Of a stretch of 64,000 bases of DNA, positions 41,767-51,825 are shown in pieces. Made by a program: the position numbers and the translations under genes. The stretch is taken from positions 19,592,001 to 19,656,000 of the forward strand of contig JBHGNT010000005.1 in assembly GCA_043228905.1 (NCBI GenBank), in the 5' to 3' direction. The stretch's first letter is position 1; every line of letters begins with the position of its first letter. The DNA comes from Azolla caroliniana (Eukaryota > Plantae > Polypodiophyta). The notes under the pieces are model-generated. The model was not told the origin of the DNA and did no database searches. It saw only the letters and a program-made list of their open reading frames with translations.

Positions 41767-42005
41767 CACCAATGGGTGTGAGCAACCATGTGTTGTCCTC
41801 ACCGAAGACTAGAACACCAACGGACGTGAGCGACCATGTGCGGTTCTCACCGGAGGCAAGAACACCAATGGACGTGAGCGACCATGTGCGGTTCTCACCG
41901 GAGGCACGAACACCAACGGACGTGAGCAACCATGTACGGTCCTCACTGGGAATTGGAACACGAATGAGTGTGAATGACCACGCGGTTCTCACTGAGAATT
42001 GAAAT
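41767..42005. repeat. 48-bp tandem repeat, about 5 diverged copies
   Basis: Unit CACCAACGGACGTGAGCGACCATGTGCGGTTCTCACCGGAGGCAAGAA, with no spacers. Confidence 0.9.
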
Positions 42006-42774
42006 GAAAATGGAATACAAGTGAGCAATGACTCGATCCCCATCAGGAGGAAATTGGAGTCAAATTTGAACTGAAATGAAAATGGAATGTAAATGAGCAA
42101 TGATTCGATCCCCATCAGGAAAGTGTGCAATTGAAATCAATCCATGCAAAGTAGTGTTGATGATAATGAAGGTTGAGCGAAGTAGCGTTTGGTGAAGACA
42201 AAAAGAGGTGCTGAAAATGATGATGTTGATGACGAGGCAATGAAGAAGATGATGATGAGGAAGCTTCTCTACAAGGAACAACTATGACTATGGTGACAAT
42301 GGCGTCTCTAAAACCAAGGACGTTGATGACTATAACTCTAGAAGCAATGACGGTGATGATAGTAACTCTAGAAGCAAGGGTGATGACGAAGACGAGTGAT
42401 GCTTCTAGTTGGATGGGATTCAAACTGTCATAGACACACCAAGCATCAATTGGGACCTAGTACGGATGATGGGGCTACGAGCGATAGCCTACGAACTTGG
42501 AGCTAGAAGTGACGAGGTTCGGAACTCTAGAAATTATAAGCAACATGAGAGCATGAAGACAGAGATGAAGAAGGAGACAAGATGGAATGAAACGAGAATA
42601 CTAGTTTGATGTGTCAATGACTGGTGTGGACCAAGGAGGTTACAAGTACTTATACAAGTTCCGAGATTGAATATCTCTAGAATATACCTGTCTAGAGTAT
42701 AGCGTACAATATTTCTAGAATATACTAACAACTAGAATATTCTGATTCTGAAATATACTATATGGCAAACAATA

Positions 42775-43236
42775 TGTTGAGAATCAAGCTCAATCTAACA
42801 TTGTGTGTGAACACACCCTTTGAGAATCTATGAGCACTCAAAGGTCAAGAGTCACACCACTCGCTACACATTAACTATGTGTCATACAATCATATTCTAT
42901 AACAGATAACTAATGAGTTTCATATTCCCCATGACTAATGAGTCTTCACATTCTTGAAGGTTTTAGAGAGAGAGTAGACATTGTAGTGAGTTAATGAAGA
43001 GAGAGGGTGACCTTATATAAAGCACCCTCCTCCTACTTCATAGAATGTTGGTTGTGATTGCTTGTAATGCTACATTTTGTATTTGCTATTCTCCTTGTTA
43101 ATATACACCTTCTTGAGTACTTCATTTTTCTTTCACCTATTCATCTTGTGTTTCTCTTCTCTCCTCTCTTTCCTCTCACACATACACATAACACACATCT
43201 CTTCCTTTGCACAAGAATCGTATCCGATTCTTTACA
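42775..43236 (+). mobile_element. solo LTR of the copia F family
   Basis: TGTTGAGAATC..TCTTTACA, reverse complement of 39189-39644. TSD CAATA (42770-42774, 43237-43241). Confidence 0.93.
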
Positions 43237-43896
43237 CAATACTATAATACTAAATTATAATATAAAAATACATGCTCATATCAAAATGGTTGAGCATGAC
43301 ATCTTGTTGATGTGAGGTTGCAGATTCAATCCTCACCAACTATGTATTTGATGTCACTGTGTTGTGACAGGAAGTGGGTAATATGCTTAACATATTACCA
43401 AAGAGGCACTACACATTGCTTATCATAATATTCCATAGCATGGGCCAAAAATTTTCAATTACCACTGATTTAAAGTCGAGATGTTATGCAATAGAACATA
43501 TTATGCATTGGTAAGCTACAAGTTGTTTTGATTTACTATTATAAATGTTGTTTTAATATGTTGCAAAATGTATTCTCAACATGATTTTATGATGTTAATA
43601 GGATTAAAACTAATATCACACATAGCCTGGGTAATCGAATGGTTAGTGCAATAGAACATCTTTGTGTGGTGTACAACGATGCAATTACGAAGAAGAAGGC
43701 TTGGGCAAATGTGAATGAAAGAAACGTTGTCAACTGCATTTCTAGCGATAAGAGTCTAGTGAACCCCTACCAAAAACCACAAAGATTAATTAATCGCTTA
43801 ATCAAGTTATTTTCAAATCAAGATGATTGGGTTTTAGATTTGTCCTTTGGCACAAGTATATAATATAAGAAGTATCACATTAAGTTAGATTAACGT

Positions 43897-46800
43897 TGTC
43901 GCGTTACTACGCACGTGCGTGGAGAAAGGCGGGACCACGGGGGTCTTGGACTAGGGAGCGACGGAGCGTAGGAAGTCGCACTTCACCGTTTCTGGGGCCC
44001 CCTTGAAACGCACTGGAAGCAGCCGAAGGGAGAGAGGGAGTGAGAGAGCGTGCTTGACACCGACTCACGCGCGCACACACACACACACCCACACACACGC
44101 ACACACACACGCACACTCGCCCTCTTGTACAGGAAATGCACGGAAGGAGGGGAGCCCCCGACACCAACAAGACGCCAATATACACAGACAGACGCAAACG
44201 TATATGTATATATATATAAGTAGAATACACTCCCAGCTTCGAGCCGGACCAAGATAGTTTACAACAGTCGTCTGCTGTCAAGCCGCCGTCGGGGAGCTCT
44301 CGGGCTCGTCGCGCCGAGCGGGGTCTTGCACAGGAGATAAGCTGCATCCAACCCTAAACAAACACGAAGGGGAAGAAGAAGAAGCAGAAGAACCTAACCC
44401 TAAACCTACCGGTATACCCTCTAATCCAAAATGGGCAACCCTTTCACAAAGGGCGTTCCCTTCCTTTTATAGAACAAGGAAAGGGATGCGTTACAATGTG
44501 GGACAGATCCCACCTTACATGGGATCGTCTGCCCCGACTTGACTACTCTTCGGCGCCATAAAGGTGCCCTCGATATTCACACTAAATGTACATGGGTGCG
44601 TTCACACGCTGCACCCCGCCGATGTAGCCAATGTTCCCGGTTTCCGCCTCTGGCCGAAATTCTTCACGACATCCGCCCCCACCTAACTGCACATCCTCCG
44701 GTATGTGCCAAAACATAGGGGAGAGAACACAAGATTTTCGGCCACGACAACCGATCGAGTCCTTAGCGTCCTCGTGGGCCCGCCCGGCTTTGTCTTCCAC
44801 TTCGAGCAAGACCACTCCATCCACACGAACCACCGCCGCCTTCCGGCCCACCATCCTCGCCGAATGGTCTCGAACTGTCGGCGTCATCCGATCCGCCACA
44901 CTCGACGATGTCCGCCGAGTCGTTGCCTCCACCCGATCCGCCACGTCCACCATGGGTCCTTGAACCACCGACTACATCCGACCCGCCGTATCCGATGCCC
45001 GTGCTTTCCTCCCCGTTCGGTCCTCCCGAACGCCGTCGCCGACCCGGTTGCTCTTCCTTTGTCCGCCTCGTATATCCTCCGGATGCGCTCCCGGTCGCAT
45101 GCCCGATTCCGCCCTTTGCGTGCCGCATACCTCGGCGTGTCGACTCTCCCCGCTCCGCGCTTGCCTTCCGTAGGCTTTCCCCGTATGTCGATGTTGCCCT
45201 CCGAATGTGTGCTCGTGCTTCGGTTCTTCGATGACCCCATCACGCATTTTTCGCTTTCCCCTTTTTCGCCGCGCTCTCTCGTAGTAGAGCGTATCGTCAT
45301 CCCGACCTCCGTGTCGGTGTCCCTTGAGGCTCTCATTCTCGCCTCGCCTCGACTTGCGCCCTCTTGGCCCGCTTGGCCTTGTATGCCCTCCGGGAAGTCG
45401 CCGCACTTTCTCTTCCGGGTGTGTACCCCGTTGTTCTCCGCGCATCTCCTCCGTTTTCCTAGATACGACTCTCCGCTCATGCCAATCGCGCTCGGCCCAT
45501 GTCGTCGATCTTGGTGTTTCGCCGCGCTGGCCTTCGTCCCGCGCTTGCCTCTCGAAGGCTTGACCCGACCGTCATCGTCGGTCAATCGTTGTCACCCATC
45601 CGCCGTATGCATGCTTGTGTCTTGGCCCTCCACCGGCCGTATTGCATGCGTCTCGTGTCGTGCTTCCGCCGTAGACCCGACCTCTGCTTCGGTCTCCAAC
45701 TCCTCGCCGCCACCCACCGCTTCTTCGTTCTCCTTTCGATCCGTGACTGCCGATGCCTCACAGGTAGGTGTGGAGGGTTCCTCCCACTCTCGGTTCACGA
45801 CCGAGTCCTCGCCTCTCAAAAGCTCAATCGGTCCACCGTTTCCGGTCACTCGTTGACGCTCTCTCGGATGCATGCTCGTTCTTGGGCCCTTCACCGACCG
45901 TAGTGCATGCTTCGTGTTACGCCCTTCATCCACCGTAGACCCGAACTCCGCGTCGACCACTTCTTCCTTTGTCACCGTAGCCCGTTCTGACCCGAGCTCG
46001 CCATCTTGGACCCGCTCGTCCATCATCTCATACCGGATACCCGCTCCGATAACTTTGTCCGCTTTGGCCTCCGACTCCTCGCCACCACCCACCGTCTCTC
46101 CGGTCTCACGTTGATCCGCAACCGCCGAAGTCTCTAGAATGGGTGTGGAAGGTCCCTCTCGCTCTCGGTCTTCTAGCAAGCCGTGATCATCGTGCCCACT
46201 AGGCCTCCTTCTCGCTCTCACCGGCTCCCATTGTAATCGTACCCAGCCGGCTACGAATCGATCAAACAATCCCGGTCTTGCCGGCTTCCTTCGGTTTGTA
46301 CCCGGTTGACCGGCGCCCGCTTCACTCTTCTTCCCCTCCGCCTCCCGGTCGGGTCAGATTACCGACCGGCTCATCTTTCGGTCGGGTCGGTTCCCAACTC
46401 GCTCCTCGATGCTGCTCCGGACCTCTGCTTCGGTCTTTTCGCATGTGCCCACTCCGGGCCTCTCATCCTCACGGCCACCGCCCATCTCCCCGGTCTTATG
46501 TCCGCGCTCGGGCGCAACCACCGAAGTCTCCGGCCCCGGTGTTGAGGGATCTCGCCTCCGTCCGCTACAAAACTCCTCTTCGTCATTTCGGTTGCCCGCC
46601 TTGCCGCCGCCACCGTCCGTCTCTCTAGTTCTCACATCGGCTCTCGGGCCGGTTGCCAGAGTCTCTAGGACGGGTGTGTGGAAGGTCGCGGCACCGTCGC
46701 TCGTCTCCTCTTTTTCCTCGATTTCGCAAGCCTCGAGTATGCCCGTGAAATCCTCGTAGAACGTTTCGGGCAACCACGTCCCGAAACTTTCGCCCACTCT

Positions 46801-49083
46801 CGAAGTGGCGTCCATTGCTCCGTAGATATCGGCCACATCCATGGCCGTCCTCTTTCCACAAGTTGAGAGGGTCGCTCGCTCCGCACCCTCTCCCACATCG
46901 TCGCCGTGGTCGTCCGCCTTGCCGCCGCCACCGTTCATTACCCTAGGTCTCACGCGGGCACTCGGGCCGGCCGCCGGGGTCTCTTGAACCGGTGCTTGTA
47001 AGGTAGCAACGCCGCCGCTTATCGATGCTATGCCCGTAGCCACCTTCATTCGGACATCGTCGTCCGTGGTTACCCCGCCTCCGTATACGCAAGCATGAAT
47101 TATGCTTGCCGCCTCCTCTTCTACGGTCTCCTTACCGTTCTCTCGGTTGCCCGCCTTGCAGCTGCCACCGCCCGTCACTCTAGGTCTCACACCAGCTCTC
47201 GGGCCGGCCGCCGGAGTCTCTAGGCCCGGTGTGCGTAAGGTCGCGGCACCACCACCCGTCTTCTCCCCGCTCGATGTTTCGGGCCGCCATGTCCCGAATC
47301 CGTAGTTACCGGCCTCCATGGCCGTCCATTCGCCGCAAGACGAGAGAGTCGCTCTTTTCGCACCCTCTCCCATGTCACCATCGCACGCTCTCCCGGCCTC
47401 CGTATAGGCCCCGTCTTCTACGTCGAGGGAGGCTTCTTCCTCCGCATCCTCCGATCGCCTCCGGTCCGACTCCATAATAAGCCCTTCTTCGGCTTCGATT
47501 TTCCCCTCTTCCTCGAGCATCGCTTTGAGCGTTGCGTACGCCTCCGCAATCCTGGCCCCAACGCCGATCCTTGTCGACTCTCCCTGTGGTCCGGCCTTTT
47601 CCCATTGTGATGGCATGCCGTCGCGTACCTTCCTCTTAGCCTTCTCCGCTCGCTCGTCGTCTAGCCTTTGGCACACCCTTCCGACCTTCGACCAGTCCTC
47701 CGTAAGCCCATTCGCTCCATCATCGTCTTCGAGCTCAATCCCGATGGCTTCCCGTTCCGCTCGGTCGATCGACCTGACGAACAAAAGGACTTTGTCCGCC
47801 CCCACCAAACCTTCTTCCCGCTCTGGGAGCCGAGCAAGTTGTCGCTCGAACTCCCGGAACGCCTTCGTTGCACCCCGGTGGGTCTTTGCCGATGCTACCC
47901 ACTGGTCGAAGTGGTGCCGTCCCCGGCTCTTCCGCCGTCCTCTATATGCCTTCACGAGCGCCTCTTCGAAGGCCTCCCACGAACCATGAGCCTCACGGAG
48001 CTCCATTACTTCCGCATGCATCCGAACAGCTACAACCTGGCAGAAGAACTCCAGCCTCAATGCCTCGTCTACGCCACGCTCTTCCATTTCTGCGTTGTAG
48101 GCTTCCAAGTAAGATGGGACTTTTTCCCCGTTGAAACGACCGACTCTTTCGACCACTCGCCCGACCGCTTGTTGTGCTGCTTCTCGCCTCATCACCACTC
48201 GTGCCGACTCCAACACCACTTCGGCCACCATCTCCGCAAGGTCATCGTCTTCCGACTCCATCCTCCTCTGCCGCATTTCACGTTGGGTTCACCAAAGATG
48301 TTGCGTTACTACACGCGTGCGTGGAGAAAGGCGGGACCACGGGGGTCTTGGACTAGGGAGCGACGGAGCGTAGGAAGTCGCACTTCACCGTTTCTGGGGC
48401 CCCCTTGAAACGCACCGGAAGCAACCGAAGGGAGAGAGGGAGTGAGAGAGCGTGCTTGACACCGACTCACGCGCGCACACACACACACCCACACACATGC
48501 ACACACACACGCACACGCACATGCACACTTGCCCTCTTGTACAGGAAACGCACGGAAGGAGGGGAGCCCCCGACACCAACAAGACGCCAATATACACAGA
48601 CAGACGCAAACGTATATGTATATATATATAAGTAGAATACACTCCCGGCTTCGAGCCGGACCAAGATAGTTTACAACAGTCGTCTGCTGTCAAGCCGCCG
48701 TCGGGGAGCTCTCGGGCTCGTCACGCCGAGCGGGGTCTTGCACAGGAGATAAGCTGCAGCCAACCCTAAACGAACACGAAGGGGAAGAAGAAGAAGCAGA
48801 AGAACCTAATCCTAAACCTACCGGTATACCCTCTAATCCAAAATGGGCAACCCTTTCACAAAGGGCGTTCCCTTCCTTTTATAGAACAAGGAAAGGAATG
48901 CGTTACAATGTGGGACAGATCCCGCCTTAAATGGGATCGTCTGCCCCGACTTGACTACTCTTCGGCGCCATAAAGGCGCCCTCGATATTCACACTAAATG
49001 TACATGGGTGCGTTCACACGCTGCACCCCGCCGATGTAGCCAATGTTCCCGGTTTCCGCCTCTGGCCGAAATTCTTCACGACA
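43897..49083 (-). mobile_element. non-autonomous gag-only gypsy derivative E (TR-GAG-like), young
   Basis: Near-identical LTRs 43897-44671 and 48299-49083. 4-bp TSD ACGT. tRNA-Trp PBS 48277-48294. PPT 44672-44683 identical to that of B. No PR, RT or INT motifs. Confidence 0.92.
46354..48276 (-). CDS. Gag-like protein with long repetitive low-complexity extension (640 aa)
   Basis: The N-terminus (VGRFNGEKVPSYLEAYNAEM..KVLLFVRSID..GLTEDW) aligns by eye with B and K Gag. Three copies of a TP..ETxAxGPxAxVRxR..GGGxxKAxN/D motif follow. Confidence 0.8.
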   Translation of the reverse strand: MRQRRMESEDDDLAEMVAEVVLESARVVMRREAAQQAVGRVVERVGRFNGEKVPSYLEAYNAEMEERGVDEALRLEFFCQVVAVRMHAEVMELREAHGSWEAFEEALVKAYRGRRKSRGRHHFDQWVASAKTHRGATKAFREFERQLARLPEREEGLVGADKVLLFVRSIDRAEREAIGIELEDDDGANGLTEDWSKVGRVCQRLDDERAEKAKRKVRDGMPSQWEKAGPQGESTRIGVGARIAEAYATLKAMLEEEGKIEAEEGLIMESDRRRSEDAEEEASLDVEDGAYTEAGRACDGDMGEGAKRATLSSCGEWTAMEAGNYGFGTWRPETSSGEKTGGGAATLRTPGLETPAAGPRAGVRPRVTGGGSCKAGNRENGKETVEEEAASIIHACVYGGGVTTDDDVRMKVATGIASISGGVATLQAPVQETPAAGPSARVRPRVMNGGGGKADDHGDDVGEGAERATLSTCGKRTAMDVADIYGAMDATSRVGESFGTWLPETFYEDFTGILEACEIEEKEETSDGAATFHTPVLETLATGPRADVRTRETDGGGGKAGNRNDEEEFCSGRRRDPSTPGPETSVVAPERGHKTGEMGGGREDERPGVGTCEKTEAEVRSSIEERVGNRPDRKMSRSVI

Positions 49084-49783
49084 ACGTGTAGTCTATTGTT
49101 CAGTTTTTTTGAACATGTGCAATTTTATTCTACTGTCAGTAGTACTACAACATGTGCATTAAAGATGTTCAGGAACTTTTTTTGCATTGGAGAGGGACCT
49201 TGAGCAGGCTAAGTTCATCAAAATGAGGATGCAAGGTATTTGGGATTGTCCTGATCAAGACCAAGAAGTTGGGGCAAATCATATCAATAAGATGGAGATG
49301 TTCCAAATGACTTGCAGAGAACCAATGGAACCTATAGATGAAGAAGCAGGGGACCTTGTGGACTTAGAAGACATATTAGAGTCTTTCCACATTGATGGTG
49401 TCATGTGTCATGTGTCAATGGAATATTTCTCTCGACATAATAGTATCTCTTAATTGCAACCTCACAATTTTCTTTAAGATGTATTATATATAAATATACA
49501 CACAAAATTAGCAGAAGACACTTATTCAATGGGGTATGCGTTTTAGATTATGCACAATGACTTGTGATACAATTATACTTGCATGGACTGCCATAACTTA
49601 TCTAAGATTTGGATAAAAACATGGTAGATAGAATATAAAACTATTGATTTTGTTGTCGTGCTATTATTTAGTTCTATTTTTCGCTATGTTTTAAGAAACC
49701 ATGTACGCATGCGTCGTGGCTTTTTGAAAGTTTGCTAAAATAAGGCATTTTTTAACATCTCACCAAGATATGAAAAAGAGAAT

Positions 49784-49815
49784 GTGACATATTACCTGTT
49801 TCAAATGACCCGATG
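49784..49815 (+). repeat. candidate right terminal inverted repeat of the Sola-like transposon
   Basis: GTGACATATTACCTGTTTCAAATGACCCGATG ends exactly where copia RT codons begin (TTATT AGC CGT CGT CTA TCT CAG). The partner TIR was not found in the window. Confidence 0.45.
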
Positions 49816-51215
49816 TTATTAGCCGTCGTCTATCTCAGAAGGACTGCCCAACATTTGGTTCGGAGGGAGAAACTATGAAATTAGTACCATATGCACCGGT
49901 TGTCGGCTCCTTCATGTATGCAATGATTGCAACACAGCTGGACTTAGCCCATGCCATAGGAGTTATCAGCATATTCATGCACACTCTCAACCGAACACAT
50001 TGGAATGCAGTGAAGCATGTGTTTAGCTATCTGGTGGGCAAAAAAGACTACGATATCTCGTGGGTGAACGTGACTTCAGGCGTAGTTGGCTATATTGACG
50101 AGGACTTTGTTGTCTCTGTGAGCATCCTAATGTTGATGACCAGATACTACTTATGGAGAAATCTCTTGGAAGTCGAAATTCTAGGAGTGCATGGCGACCT
50201 CAAACCACCAAAGTCAAATACATAGCCACCTCCGACGCAGCAAAGGAAGCTCTTTGGCTTGGTCGATTGGCGCACATGTTTCGACACGTTGACTCCGACT
50301 TAGCCCCAATTGTCTACAACAACAATCAAGGAGTTGTCAATTTGTCACAAAATCATGTCCATCACAATGCCTTGAAGCATATAGATGTAAGATATCGTTT
50401 TGTTTGGGACTACATCATTTTTGGGAAAATCGGTCTCGAGAAAATATATACAACCGATAATGTCAGGGATGGGATGACCAAGTGTCTTCAGGTAGCCCAT
50501 TTCCGGTCTCTTTGGTACTAGATGAACATTAGGAAATACCAGTCCGATAAAGTTGGAAAATAAAGATTCTCTCAAAAAATTGGCCTCGACACCTTCAGGA
50601 TTTAGCTTCGGACTATCCGATTCAGCTTCAACCAGCTCGACCTTTGTGTTTCGATCATTGTTGATTTGGTTGGAAGCCAATTGGTTTAGCACCCTTTTGT
50701 ATAAATCTGCAATTTTGTTTAGTCTTTAATTTACAAATTTTTGTTCTATACACCCATTACGGGGGAGTCTCGAATATGGGTATATAATGGACGTATTCAC
50801 ACACTCCCACTTGGACATACTAGGTTTAGGAAAATTATGTAAATATGTCGAAGGGCAGTTGCCCTAGCACAATTAGTATATAACTAGGCTTATAACCTAG
50901 TTTATGGTATTGTTGTCATGAAGACATACACTTTAGCCTTACAAGGATTCGAACCCACAATGTCTTGGTCTATATGTTAAACCTTTAACCATTATAATAA
51001 CATATATGATGTTTAGTTATAATAAATATATTATTAGTTATTACAATATATTTAGAGTATTCTAGAAAGTTCTAGAATATTTTAGATAACTACATGATAT
51101 ATGTTATTATAATGGTTAAAGGTCAACATATAGAACAAGACGTCATGGGTTCGAATCCTTGTAAGGACAAAATGTATGTTTTCATGACAATTGCCATTCT
51201 TTGATTGTAACTCTC
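49816..51215 (+). mobile_element. copia element J 3' remnant (RT end, RNase H, partial LTR), related to C
   Basis: ORFs 49875-50225 and 50153-50521 parallel C ORFs 15835-16815. PPT ACGGGGGAG 50759-50767. LTR from 50768 resembles 4902-5100. Confidence 0.85.
50914..51189. mobile_element. 276-bp palindromic TG..CA mini-element with tRNA-like A/B-box motifs in both arms
   Basis: Arms ~50914-51006 and ~51098-51189 are imperfect inverted repeats. Flanks are ATTGT/ATTGC. GGTTCGAATCC at 51148-51158 and its inverse at 50945-50955. Confidence 0.85.
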
Positions 51216-51731
51216 TAAGAATAAAACAATACATAGTTGTCCCTATTCGTGTTTTTCTTGATCAATGATGTGTTTTGACTTGTAGAACTCTTTTTAATGA
51301 GGAAGACGTGGTTGAAACTTATATTATTAAGCGGTGCAAGAACCTTACTTTTAGTCCCATTGTCATCCATGCAAAATTGTTTGAAATCGTACACTTCGTT
51401 CAAATGTTGGCTTTGGAGTATAAGCTTCTACAATCAACTTTGATAGCGCCAGGAGAGTAGAAGCATCACATCTAGCTAATTTCTTTGAGAACCTACTATT
51501 AAACATTTGATCTATGTGATTATGGGTATGGCCAACTAATAAGAAGTTCACCCTAATCTTCTTAAATATGCCCTTCTCTATGAGCATGCTTAAATAACCG
51601 AAAATAGTCGAGTTTTTGTTTTCTCTAGCCGTGTTGTCCAGTTGCACATATAGAATTGGTGGGAGGATACCTTGCCAAGTCTGTAACACTCTTTGTATGA
51701 CTATCATTGTAAGGTTAGGATCATTGTGGAT
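51216..51731 (-). pseudogene. second Sola-like transposase fragment (paralogue)
   Basis: IHNDPNLTMIVIQRVLQTW..LYVQLDNTARENKN..FLLVGHTHNHIDQMF..KVLAPLNNISFNHVFLIKK, collinear with 28730-39680. Confidence 0.88.
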
Positions 51732-51825
51732 TGTAAAGAATCGAGATAAATTTAGTCCAGTGGAAGATGACTATGTGTGTTTGTGTGTGCATGTAAGACA
51801 TGTAGAGAGAGAAAGAAAGAAAGAT

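Larger units (their letters stand above)
40973..43369 (-). mobile_element. tandem TRIM-like non-autonomous LTR element (LTR-internal-LTR-partial internal)
   Basis: LTR copies 41207-41704 and 42426-43369 (the latter split by a solo LTR), both TGTCA..GTGACA. PPT AAGGGGAGGATAA 41705-41717. Internal 41705-42425 lacks pol. 40973-41206 repeats ~42193-42425. Confidence 0.8.
43371..49453 (+). pseudogene. spliced beta-class amino DNA methyltransferase (N6_N4_Mtase-like), N-terminus missing
   Basis: Exon 43371-43510 (..IIFHSMGQ..AIEHIMH-W), GT-AG intron 43511-43601, exon 43602-43855 (IKTN..NRMVSAIEHLCVVY..NPYQKPQRLINRLIKLFSNQDDWVLDLSFGT). Then an intron containing element E, and an exon from ~49140 (STTTCALKMFRNFFALERDLEQAKFIKMRM; +1 slip in a T7 run). 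Confidence 0.8.
27050..49815 (+). mobile_element. large decayed Sola-like DNA transposon carrying a methyltransferase gene; left end not located
   Basis: Removing nested LTR insertions leaves transposase, then MTase, then an AT-rich tail, then an abrupt junction at 49815/49816 into copia RT coding sequence. A deletion near 40450 means linkage of the two genes is inferred. Confidence 0.6.

Noticed and set aside
41767-42005. CRISPR-like array
   Set aside because: Contiguous 48-bp units with no unique spacers, inside a retroelement, and no cas genes.
43602-43863. bacterial contamination or a restriction-modification locus
   Set aside because: The MTase is split by GT-AG introns, invaded by a plant LTR element, and has no neighbouring nuclease or other bacterial gene.
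44705-45856. 383-aa plus-strand ORF as a novel gene
   Set aside because: Antisense shadow of the GC-rich interior of element E; low complexity with no motifs.
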